A stretch of 64,000 nt of DNA. It comes from Lama glama (taxonomy: Eukaryota). Position 1 is the stretch's first letter; each line of letters begins with the position of its first letter. The notes beneath the pieces were generated by a model. The model was not told the origin of the DNA, searched no databases, and worked only from the letters and a program-made list of their open reading frames with translations. This document shows positions 27,050-37,657 of the stretch, in pieces. A program made the position numbers and the translations under genes. Location: assembly GCA_028534125.1 (NCBI GenBank), contig CM052828.1, positions 52,204,001-52,268,000 of the forward strand, given 5' to 3'.

Positions 27050-27299
27050 TCTCAGCAGAGTGCCAGCCTTACCCTCGGAGAAGGTGCTGAATCCCCAGGC
27101 AGCCAGAGCTGCCAGCCAGGAAAGGAACTGAATGTTTCCGCCCAGGAGAGCGGGCCGCCACGCAGCCCCGCTGCACAGAAGAGCCCGGCAGGGAGCACGC
27201 CGGCCGACGGAGCCGTCAGGGCGACGGTGGAGGAAGAGGAGGAGGTCGTTAAGGACAGGACCCAGCAGAGTAGACCTCAGCCCCCGCAGCCAAGCACAG
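27050..27299 (+). CDS. FARP1: FARP1 coding exon (~exon 13), linker: SQQSASLTLGEGAESPG...EEEEEVVKDRTQQSRPQPPQPST(G)
   Basis: ccccag acceptor; weak donor CAG|gtccag; 250 nt, phase 0->1, matching the phase-1 acceptor at 41020. Confidence 0.92.
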
Positions 27300-28276
27300 G
27301 TCCAGCATCCAGGGCTGCTAGAGGCAGCAGCGCTTCCATTCCTTTCATTGACTGCAGTGACGTAGACAGTGAATCCGACCTTCTCAGGGAACACGCATCC
27401 CAGTCACGGTCCCAAACAAATGACAACTATGAGGGTGATTTGACCAGTGGTGTTTATCTGCTCTCCCGGGAGGAGAGGCGAATAGAAGCTAGGCATTCTA
27501 GGGCTTCCCCGCACTCTGTGAAGTCCTCCCGGCCTCCTTCCAGAGAATTCCTTGACGATGATTCGGCAGACATATCCTTTGATGTGAGCGGGAGCCCCAG
27601 ACTCCCAAGACATAGCTCTCTGATAGATGAGATGTTCGGGGGCTCAGGCAGCCACAGTCCCTTGGCCACCCCCTTATCTCCCAGCAGCAGAAGCTCAAGT
27701 CCAAATATGCCTTGGGGCCGGACCAGGTCTCAAGGCTATGTTTCCGAAAACGGACATGACCCTAGAGAGAGAAGTGTGGGAGAAGGTACTCTCCTAAGCC
27801 CGGGTCCTCATTACGAAAACTGTTCTCCCGTCTCACAAAGGCCATATTTAAAGAGTCTTCCCGGTGGATACAATAAGTCAGAGACAGATCCACTCATTCT
27901 TAGCCGGGGAGCATCAACCCCAGAGGCAGCAGGTAGGCTTGACGGCCCCGGAGAGGGAGGAGTGGTCGGCCCGGCTGGCTTGGAAGGCAGGACGCTGGCT
28001 AATGGGACCCCTCTCGTGGGTCCAGCCTCCAAGACCCCCACTGCGCAGGCAGCCCATACCAGTCGCCTGGGAGACCAGCTGGCCCCCCTGCAGGTGACCG
28101 AGGGCTCCACCAGCAGTGGGACTGAATCCAGCGATTCAGACTCTGAGATGGTGAGCCCTCTGAACCAGCCCCTCGTGTTTGGTAATCCAGCCGTGCTGGG
28201 TTCCCCCTGCGTGGAGAGGAATAAGAAGTCCCTGAGTGGCCTGCGTGTGAAGGAGGAGAGGGAGGAGAATGAGTGA
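27300..28276 (+). CDS. FARP1: Putative in-frame extension of exon 13 (alternative terminal exon), 325-aa Ser/Pro/acidic tail giving a DH-PH-less FARP1 isoform
   Basis: ORF 27227..28276 (349 aa) is the longest in the window, shares the frame of exon 13, is GC-rich and repeat-free, and ends at TGA 28274-28276. Confidence 0.65.
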
Positions 28277-29329
28277 GGAGACTCGAAGGCATGTCTTCAA
28301 GTGTCGGGAGCCTGGGTTCCTGAGTCCCGGCTTTCGGTGGAGATGATCTGTGCTAGCGACTTGTGCATTTTTAATTGACATCTGTTAGAGGAAGTTTGGG
28401 GCAGGCACACGTTGGATAGGGCATGCCTGACTTCTCAGAGAAACCAAACTTCACAAAGCCTGACAAATTACCAAGAGCTTGTTTATCTTTCTGGTGGAAG
28501 GCTAGAAAGAAATACTTTATTACGAATCTGATCAGTGTGTAGCGTGTCGTATTTATGTGGAAATTTTCTTGTATGTTCAGTTCTGTAGGCAGATCACCCT
28601 CCCATTTGGTTGAGTCTGGGGACTGAAATAGCACTGAGACCCCAGGAAAAGTGTTGGTTTTACTTTTAACCCCTTCTTGAAAAGGGGGGCTGCTTTTCTG
28701 TGCCTCGTAAAGTGAGAAACTGACAAAATTCAAGGCCAAATGTAAGTTGATTGCTAGTTGAGGTGAAGTGTTTGTGAAATCTTAGTTAAGACTAGTGAAC
28801 ATTTTAATCAGAAGCACGTGGAATTACTTCTTTGCAGACTTTGTATGAAATGATATAAAAGTCAGAATCTTCAGGAGCTGTAAGTGACATGAGATTGCTG
28901 GTTCGGTTTGGGTTTGGTTTGGGTTTGCTTTGGTGGGTCAAATTTGTTGGTTATGTTTGAAGAAGCTGTAACTGGTGAGCAGAACCTCTTGGTGAAGCAC
29001 AGACATGCTGTCAGGCGATGGTGCAGGAGGAAGTAGGTACTGTTGTCACCGGGAGGTTGGCAGACTGAATGCTGCCTTTGAATAGTGCACAGCACAGAGA
29101 AGGGCCGAGTCCCAGTCTCATTGCCTTGGGTTGAGTTTTACGCACATTCTTAATGTTCACTCTCTTGGGAACAGCAGCTTCTCTCAGAAGCTGACTTACG
29201 GCTGCTTCTCTGTGCAGGAAGAAAGAAAGTGAAAGTAGCAAGAAGTCTGGCTTCTTTTTAAATCTTGACCACCTACACCAGTGCCTTTCACCCAGCACTC
29301 CTGCATTTCAGATGAAGAGCCTGGTTTGG

Positions 29330-29485
29330 ACTTGCTTTGTGTCTCAGCCTTAGCTGCACCTTGGAATCACCTAGGAATTTAAAAATTGGCATTGCCCGAA
29401 CCCAGACCCTAGAAATTTCGTTCTCATTGAGCTGGGGTGCCTCTTGGGCTCCCCAGATGGCTCTGCTAGGCAGCCAGGGTCACTC
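29330..29485. mobile_element. MER5-like hAT-Charlie fragment
   Basis: ctcagccttagctgcaccttggaatcacctagga...cccagaccctaga. Confidence 0.5.
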
Positions 29486-32400
29486 CTCAGCCAAACATGA
29501 TTGCCTTCTAGACTCTGGTGGAGTGTAAGGAAAGCGCTGGCTGAAATTCTGGCTTGCTTGCTGAGTAGGAAGAGGGTCACAAATGAAGTGCTTTTCTTCA
29601 TGCCTGTTATTTGGTACTTTTTAGTCTTCGGTACTTTTTTAAAAAAAATAAATTGTAGAGTAAAAGTTTTAGATCCTAAGTAACCACAAAATCCTCGAGC
29701 AGAGTTGTAACAACGATACATCTGATGTCTGCCATGCCAGTGGCCTTAGTAAAACCTCATCATGTGGCTTTGTCATGCGGAGGGGCTGATCATGGGTAGG
29801 AAACGGAGTAGAATTTGGCAGCAGTATTTCACGAACAGAAATATTGACTGACCTTGTGGTTCACAAGTGATTATCTGTCCACATGAATGTCCAGAGGTTG
29901 GTTTTAAAGATTCTGAAAACTTTAATCCATTTTTATACACACTTCTGCTCTGTCTTCCTAATCATTTGATTCAGTGCATGATTGATGAATCAAATTGATT
30001 ATCGGATAGCTTGAAAGATGTTCATTGAAGTAGTCTATTCATGTCTTGCTTTAGAATTACATATTTAACAGTCACAGAATTTGAAAGCCAGAAGGGACCT
30101 TAGAGATCACCTAGGTTAAACCTCATTTTACAGATGAGAAACTTTCTTCCAGTGAAGAAGTCACAGAAGTCATACAGCTGTTGCATGACAGAGCTAGAGC
30201 CAGAAAGCTGGTCTCCGGACTTCAGCATTTTACTCTATGTGACGTCTGGATGCAATAGGTCCTTTTAGATTTAATACTTTATTTTTTGAGACTCTTGTAT
30301 GCATTAATAATTAAAATCATGTGGCAACTAGGAATCCTGTAGACTTGACTTAGGCAATGACAGTCCTACTAGGCAGGAAGACCGGCTGCTTTTTTATATT
30401 GCGGGGTTTTGCATTATAACACATTTTTGCATATTCTGTTTTGAACTTAGAGAAAGATGTCAATTTGCTGTAGAAAAATTTACTTAAATGGGAGTGTAGC
30501 GCAGTGACACTTGGAATCCTGTGGTTTATTTGTGAAGGTGGTCTGTTGAAATGAGTTTTCTTTTTACTTCTAATCATACAGCAGTCTGATAATGAAATAC
30601 GAATGAGCAAAAGGGTTGAACTTACCCAAAACAAAATGTGAATCATCGCATGTAAACCCCCAAAGCAAAACACGCTCCAGTAATTATTTTGTTTGGCTTT
30701 TTCCCTAAAGAAGTGATTTTTATCTGAAGTGTTTTAAAAGCAGCTGATCAACAGTGGTGTCCCCTGTCCTGCACTGACAAGATTTTCCACTGTCAGGGTC
30801 ACTGGTAGAGTTTTTCTCAGGTTGGTTTCATACCAGCCACGTAACTGAATTTCTGCTTCTCAGCCAGCGTTTATGAAAGTGGCAATCCTGGTGTGGTTAA
30901 TGGTGCTTAAAAGAAAGGAGGGGTGTGGTTTGTTCAAAAGCCACTTACCCTGAAGTGCTGAGAATACTCACTAATTGCTTCAGGGAGCACTTGCCGAGCG
31001 CTGGTGGGACAGTCAGCCTCCCGCCAGCATTCTTTGGTCCTGGCGGTAGAGCCAGTTGACCGAGGTGGAGAGGTCAGGGAAAGCCACGAGTGTCCACCAT
31101 CCCACCTTCTGTGCCCTCTGCTTGTGAGACTCCGGTCCCGAGGTCCTTAACTGGTCGCTGGAATCTCACTGTGTGGCGTAACAAGGGCAGGCAGATCAGA
31201 GAGGGGGTCAAGTATGAGGAATAAGCAGTGGAGATGAGACACCTGTGAATTCTTGCAGATTTCTGAAGGGTTTCCTAAGACCTTCCGCCAGTTTTTCTAA
31301 GACAAGAGCTAGTGTAGGGTCTCCTGCATCAACAGGGAAGCCAAGGCTTCAGATCACGGCTGCTCTCTGAAACAGTGTCTTAGGGGCTTGGATAGAAGAC
31401 CAGCTCTATAGAGAAATAAATCTTCATGCCACTCAGGGCTACTCCAGGGCCTCCTTGCACTAATATCTTTTGTTAGATAGTGTTTCAAAATATGTAAATT
31501 ATAGAACCTTTTGGGTTGATTTTTATTGCTGCTTGTTCAAGGCAATATAAAAATGCAAGAAATTCTCTTAGCGTGAAGAAATGCGTTTAATGAGTTCCAG
31601 AACTTAAAACGGATTGCTCCAGCTCCTTCAGCAGTCATCTGTGTGACCTTGACAACCTTTTATTAGACAGGCATTTAATTAAAGGAAGTCTGTGGGCCAG
31701 ATTCTTCCCCACACATGTGGTTCCTAGTTGGAAATTCCTCACAGATTTATTTTCTATGCTGCTGTGGCCTGCACTTAAAATGTGAATTCTTCCAGTTTTA
31801 TTCTCGAGAATTTCTTTGAAGATTCGAACCAAGCAATGCTGCTTTAAGAAAAAAAAAAAAAAAGCTAGACCCTGCAAAACCAAAATGCAGCGTGAGCCTC
31901 TGGAAATTTCTACCAAGTATATGAAATCGGCCTGTCCTCAGTTGAATAGGAGCTCCATTTGCATCTTAGCTCTGGAATCATTTTGATTGTGCTGTAAAGC
32001 AGTTCCTGAAAAAAAAAAAAAAGGAAACACTGCAAATACTAAGCTGTCGTTTTAAGCTTTGTTAAAACTGTTGTGAATGTGCACAGCTCCCTTTTTTCCT
32101 AACTGTAATCAGTGTTCACATTCAAATGCTTTTAATCAACGTTTTCCACTTAAAATGCTCTTCCATATTTCAACACAGTATGGGTTTGGTGCAATTGGAA
32201 TCATTAGTGAGTAACTGAGTTCCAGGTAGGACCAACCTTCAATTAGGAAATTTGGGGGCCCCTTCATCATTAGATTTATTTTGAGTTTATCTGCTTCTGT
32301 CTCGATCACTCTTCTTTACCAGGCCCTTGTTACTAGCCAGAACGTCAGAGCTTTCCAAGTTGTATCCCCAAGGAAGGCTCTTTTTCCCTGGATTTTCTCC

Positions 32401-32488
32401 TTTGTAGTCTGTGAATTTCCCTCCTCTGATAATCAGGAGCTTAGTTCTCTAAGGTTGGCCTTCCTCTAGTTTCCTGGAGATGCGTCTA

Positions 32489-32790
32489 CAGTTGATTCTT
32501 TTTTTTTTTTTTTTTAATTTTTCTTTAACGGAGGTCCTAGGCCTTGAACCCAGGACCTCATGCATGCTGAGCATGGGCTCTACCACTGAGCTTTATCCTC
32601 CCGCCTTTCAGCTGACTCTTGAACAACACAGGTTTGAACAGTGCAGGTCCACTTACACTCAGATTTTTTTCAGTAGTAAATACTGCGCAGTGCAAGGTTA
32701 GTTGAATCTGCAGATGCGGAAGTGCAGTTACACATGGAGGATGGACTATAAACTTCACGGGGACTTTCCTCTGCTCAGAGGGTCAGCGCT
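32489..32790. mobile_element. Tigger2/MER8-like MITE interrupted by a SINE
   Basis: TA-cagttg start; cttgaacaacacaggtttgaacagtgcaggtccactta terminal motif. Confidence 0.7.
32501..32608 (-). mobile_element. vic-1-type SINE
   Basis: PolyT + gaacccaggacctcatgcatgctgagcatgggctctaccactgagct. Confidence 0.85.
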
Positions 32791-35781
32791 GTATTTTATT
32801 GCTGCCAATTTTACAAATCAAACTGCAGAAGAGTCCTTCCATGCGGTCTCTGCAATAGATTAAGTTTCTCTGAACCTGAAAGAGGTGAACATTTCAAAAC
32901 AGCCCGTCGCTGGTAGCTCTTGGATGAGTTTTACATTCAGCCGTGGTAGCCAAGTTCATAAGAACGTGTGGGAGGATTGGTCCTAGTGAGTGAACGTATA
33001 TAAGAAGGAAGTGATTAAAGAACTTGACTCTGGCGACATTTAAAGAATTTCCTGGCCCTGCTTCTTCCTTGTTAGTTTAATTCCATCTGTTTCTGTTTAG
33101 CTGAACAAAATGTAATACAGGGAAATGGGGTCTCTAGTGCACACCGTGCATACCTCTAACACCAGTTGCTGGTATTTAACTGAAGCCATGACTTTTAGAT
33201 CAAAATAAGGCAACCCCTTAATGTAGCAGCTCCCTTTTTATTAAAAATAACAATAATAATGAAAAGCAAAAAATATACATATCCATGATGACTTGACCTA
33301 GCGTTGTCTGCTCAAAGATCAAAAGTGGCCTGGTTGCCACCTGTTTGGATACATACTTGAAAAGGGTTACATCGTGTTTCCTGGGGGTAACCTAGGGATT
33401 TTGAATATTTCCCCCCATGAACAAAAGTTGCAAATGCTGATTTGTGCGTCATGTATATGTTTGGGAGGAGGTGGATAGAGTCTTGTTTTTGAAAAAGGGT
33501 CTTCCTTCATAAAATTAACAACACATTAGTCCCAAAAAACAGATGAAATCTACTTCCATCCTGGGGAACTTTTTTTTTTTCTTTTCTAGCAAAAGCAGTT
33601 AAACACCCTGGTAGAAGCTAGGGTTGAATTAGAAAATTCTCCTTTTCCTGAAAGCTTTAGAAGTTGAGTAGACTGTTTGTTCAGGACGGTTTCAGTGTGG
33701 ATGGCCTAAGTGATACAGATGTCACAGCTTAGCCTTGGAAACGGCCTCGGGCCGTAGTCCTGGGTTAGCACTTCTGGTAGGAGGCAGCTCATTTGCATCT
33801 TCATGTAGGTTCTAGATCAGGTTGTTCTGATAGGTCTTGGGCTGGTTTTTATATTTGAAAGTAGGGAGAATTCAATTAACTGTTGACATGGGATAGCTGA
33901 TTTTGTATAGTTGAGAGCCCGGGTGAAAAATCAGCTGCCAGGCAAATGCTGTTAATGCATCATGGAAATGGTATGGAAGAGTCCTGAGCTTGCTGCTGGG
34001 GCCAGAGGCAATGATTTTGGAATATTGAAGAGCAGTTAGAAATCACTGCAAAATGCAACACAAACCAAGGGTACTAAGGAGGATAGGAGGGAGTGAGGAC
34101 TGTGTGCACGTGTGTGTGTGTGTGTGTGTAGAAAGCATCGAATAGTGATTAACTCTACTTTTGAGTAAGAGGTAGCGGTGGCAATGGTACTGGGAGTTTG
34201 GAGGCAGTGATTCTGCTTTATTCTAAATTGGGGTTGTTAACTGACTCTCAAATAGGAAACAGTGGAAGGGTCATTTTGGAGCCTGGTGGTGGTGCAGTGA
34301 CGGGCCTGTCATTATTCACAGATGACCTTTCTGGCTCATGAAACTGGGCTGACGATTGCTTTTTCCTGGGCCTCAAAGTTCCTTTGTGAGAAATGAAGCA
34401 TTTGTCACTCTGCCTGCGGTGATTTATGGAAAGACCAAAGACAGGTTTTCCTTAGTCGAGAACACACACCCGCTGCTCTCTGCACACGCGCCTGAGTGGC
34501 CGGTGGATTCAATCCCTCACCTTCTTTCTGCCTGGAAAGTTGCCCTGAAAACCTGACTAACCCACTCGCACAAGCTTGGCCTGTATTATTAATCCAGTTC
34601 CTTTCTGTTCTCTCTGTGTGTATATTTAATATGTTATTAAAAATTTTCTAATATGTGGAATTAATTTTAAAATAGAAAAGGCTGGGGACTTCATTCTCAT
34701 TTTTGTCATTTGTTGGATAAATTCAAAAGGACATTTTTCTGTTGTGCCATGGTATGCCCTGTTGTGTCAGCATGTACCTATCCAAGAGAAAAAGCTTTTT
34801 TTCAACATTCTGTCTTTATCCTCAAAGCATGGTGTACCTTCTGTTCCCTGCATTGTTGGAGCACTGTCTGATGTCTTTTTTTTTTTTTTAACACAACTGA
34901 ATACCAGTTTGTACTTTGGAATACCTGTTTCCTCTAGAATACAGTGATCCTGGTCTGTAAACAGCAGGTTTTAACAGGCGGGCATCCTGGGCGGTCACAC
35001 TTGGTGACACCATATTTCTCTAAAGGTGGGGAAACAGAAGGTGAACAGAAGACTTCACTTTTCTGATCTCATCTTCTACAAGCCTGCTCTTTGCACTGTG
35101 TGCCTGGAGTGGGTGGTGTTTGGACGCGAGCAGGATCACTGTAGTCTGGGAGAGGGCTCATGGAAACAGAGAGTATCTGTGGTCAGGCTTACATAGGGGG
35201 AGCCCGGACGGCCAAGCAGAGGATTGGCTTCTTGTTTGGAATGGGAACATCTATTCAAATGGGACTAGAAAACTGGACGTCGTTTGTAAAAGGATTTAGC
35301 TGTGTCTTCACTTTGTTGGGGAGTGCGGGTAGGTGGAAATAGAAGACCTCATCTAGCATAGCCCCAGCTGGCTTCCTCACCGCCGATAAGCTGTTTTTCA
35401 GTTTGCAGTCTTCCCACGATGTAGGCTGTCACAGATACTGTCTGGTTTCATCTTCTCTCCACGGCCTAAGAGTGCAGTATCACAATAAAGCATGGATCTC
35501 TACCACCAGGAAGGTGGCCGGCTTCTCCGATAACAATGAGCTTGGTGATTCTTTTAAGCATGGAAGGCCAAACTCATGTAACAAGTGTATGCACGGTGTT
35601 AATATCTCTTGTTAATCTCAACTGAAGAGGCTTTTACTTGTCCTAACAGGTATCTTGCTGTAAAAACTGTCAATTGTAACTGTGCTTTCCCTCTGATGGC
35701 TGAAGCTTTATCCTGAGTACAAGATGGTATTTTTCATTGGTACGAAGCACCATGTTCCCCAATCCAAACAATGCCACTGCT

Positions 35782-35832
35782 GCCGCCGCCGCCGCCGCCA
35801 CCGCCACCGCCACCACCACCACCACCACCACC
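35782..35832. repeat. Compound (GCC)n/(ACC)n trinucleotide repeat
   Basis: gccgccgccgccgccgccaccgccaccgccaccaccacc... Confidence 0.95.
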
Positions 35833-36134
35833 TTCAAACAGAGAAGAATCCTTTATCTTTTCCCCATAAGCAAGAACAAGCTAGTGCATTCCCTGTCATT
35901 TTTCCATTAGCATTTCTCTTTATATTTTTCGGCAAGTCGCCTTGCTGTTGCTTTTCTGAATTGCTTGATGATGAGTGGTGACACTGATGTTTAGCAGCTT
36001 GTAAAACTCTTCCTAAAGGAACTTGGTCTAAGAAGTACATACCTTACCTGCAACAACCCAAGTTACCAAGAAGACCCCACTGCTATGATGGGTAATCGTA
36101 TAATCTGGTTTTTCTTGTGGAAACTTGTCATTTC

Positions 36135-36140
36135 AATAAA
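36135..36140 (+). terminator. Candidate polyadenylation signal AATAAA
   Basis: Context ttgtcatttcAATAAAacagtgacag; upstream TGTA elements (e.g. ~36000), U-rich and GU-rich sequence downstream. Confidence 0.4.
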
Positions 36141-37529
36141 ACAGTGACAGCTCTTTTCCCATATTCCACTGTGGTGGGACCCAGCTTAGTCATCAGACTA
36201 GAGTGAATCCTGCCTTTTCTGGAGATGACCCGTAGTTAATCTATACAACACTGACCTTTTTTTTTTTTTTCCATCCGATAACTGGCTTTCAAATGCAGAT
36301 GGTCTCCAGGGAGAGTTCACGGTTTTCTCTTTCAGAGGGGTATCGTGAACTTTAAAAAGAGCCTTTTAAAAATAAATGAGAACCCCCCTCTGTAATGTAT
36401 TTCCTCCGCGTGCCTTTGCAGCACCTTCTGGGTCCACAGAGATGCGATCTCCAATATTTTAGAACCAAGTAACAGGAGACAGGTCATCACAGATGAGTGG
36501 CATGTAGAAGTTTGCCACATATATAACTTCAGGGGGATACTGAGGAATCCACACAGATACTTTTTTAGTAACTGTACTTTCTAAAATTTTGAAAAGAGGA
36601 CTTGAGAAAGCAGTCAGCATCCTCATTTTCATCAGTATTCTTATTCTCAGATATTTTAATATTTAGCAGATCTCTGGGTTACTATTTTTTAAATTGCCCA
36701 ATTTTATAGTTCCCTCCTTAACAGGAAAAATAAAACTTATGGAATTAAAAATAGGACGTGCCAAAGAATGCAAAAAAAAAGCGGGGGGAGGCCCAGGTAA
36801 AAACATAGGGCAGGTGCAACGAAGTATTCAAAATGCCATTTTTATTACTTGAAAAATAGATAAAAATTCTCATCTCCCAGACTTGCGTGCGTCTGTTCTG
36901 CCTTTAATATTGTCAGAGGAGGTGGGTGGTTACTAGGCGCCCTGTGCCCAGTCCTAAAAGGGGAAGACATGCATGAGTTTGGCTGGTTGACTCTGTTCCT
37001 GCTGTGGATGTAGCTCTGGTGAAAAGCTGGTTAAGAGATGCTGACGTCTAGGTGAGGCTGCAAATCCAGCTTCCCCTGTGCAGCTGGGAGAGAAGAATTA
37101 TGAAGTTCTCTTACATTCTAAAGATAAAGCAGCTAAGCTAGTTTCTGGGCTGGGTGATAAATGGAAATCCATAAATATGGCAGTGCTAATTTCAAGTTAC
37201 ATAGTTGTTTGTGCCATGAGACTGTGTACACTTAAAGGGGTTTTTAAAAGCAATTACCATAAATGCCTCCCTCGAGAGTAGTATGTTTAGTCCGTGGGAG
37301 CGACATAAACTCAGGCCTCTTGATACAGATTGAGGGTGGGGAGGGGGACATGGAGGTTGGCTGGCGGAGGGGGGGGGGGAACTGTCATGACGTTATTTGG
37401 AAGAGGTGAGGAATTTGAGAGTTATTAATCAGAAATACAGCTGAATGCCTAAAAAATGCAGAGCATTTTCTGAAAAGGGGGAAAAAGTTTTTTAAGCCAG
37501 CATTTTGTTTTATTTAGGTTTTGTTTGTT

Positions 37530-37657
37530 GGTTGGTTTTCTTGGGGGGAGGTGGAAGTAATTAGGTTTATTTATTTATAGAGGAGGTACTGGGGATTGAA
37601 CCCAGGACCTCATGCATGCTAAGCATGCACTCTGCCACTTGAGCTATACCCTCCCCC
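37530..37657 (-). mobile_element. vic-1-type SINE
   Basis: ggtactggggattgaacccaggacctcatgcatgctaagcatgcactctgccacttgagctataccctcccc. Confidence 0.85.

Larger units (their letters stand above)
28277..36160 (+). other. Putative long 3'UTR of the alternative FARP1 isoform
   Basis: GC falls soon after the stop; many U/A runs; few transposons; AATAAA at 29647, 31415, 35484 and 36135. Confidence 0.4.

Noticed and set aside
28091-28156. Donor-like sites CAG|GTGACC and ATG|GTGAGC late in the extension
   Set aside because: Phase 0, so joining to phase-1 exon 14 would shift the frame
35724-35981. ORF with a poly-Arg/His tract
   Set aside because: Simply the translation of the GCC/ACC repeat
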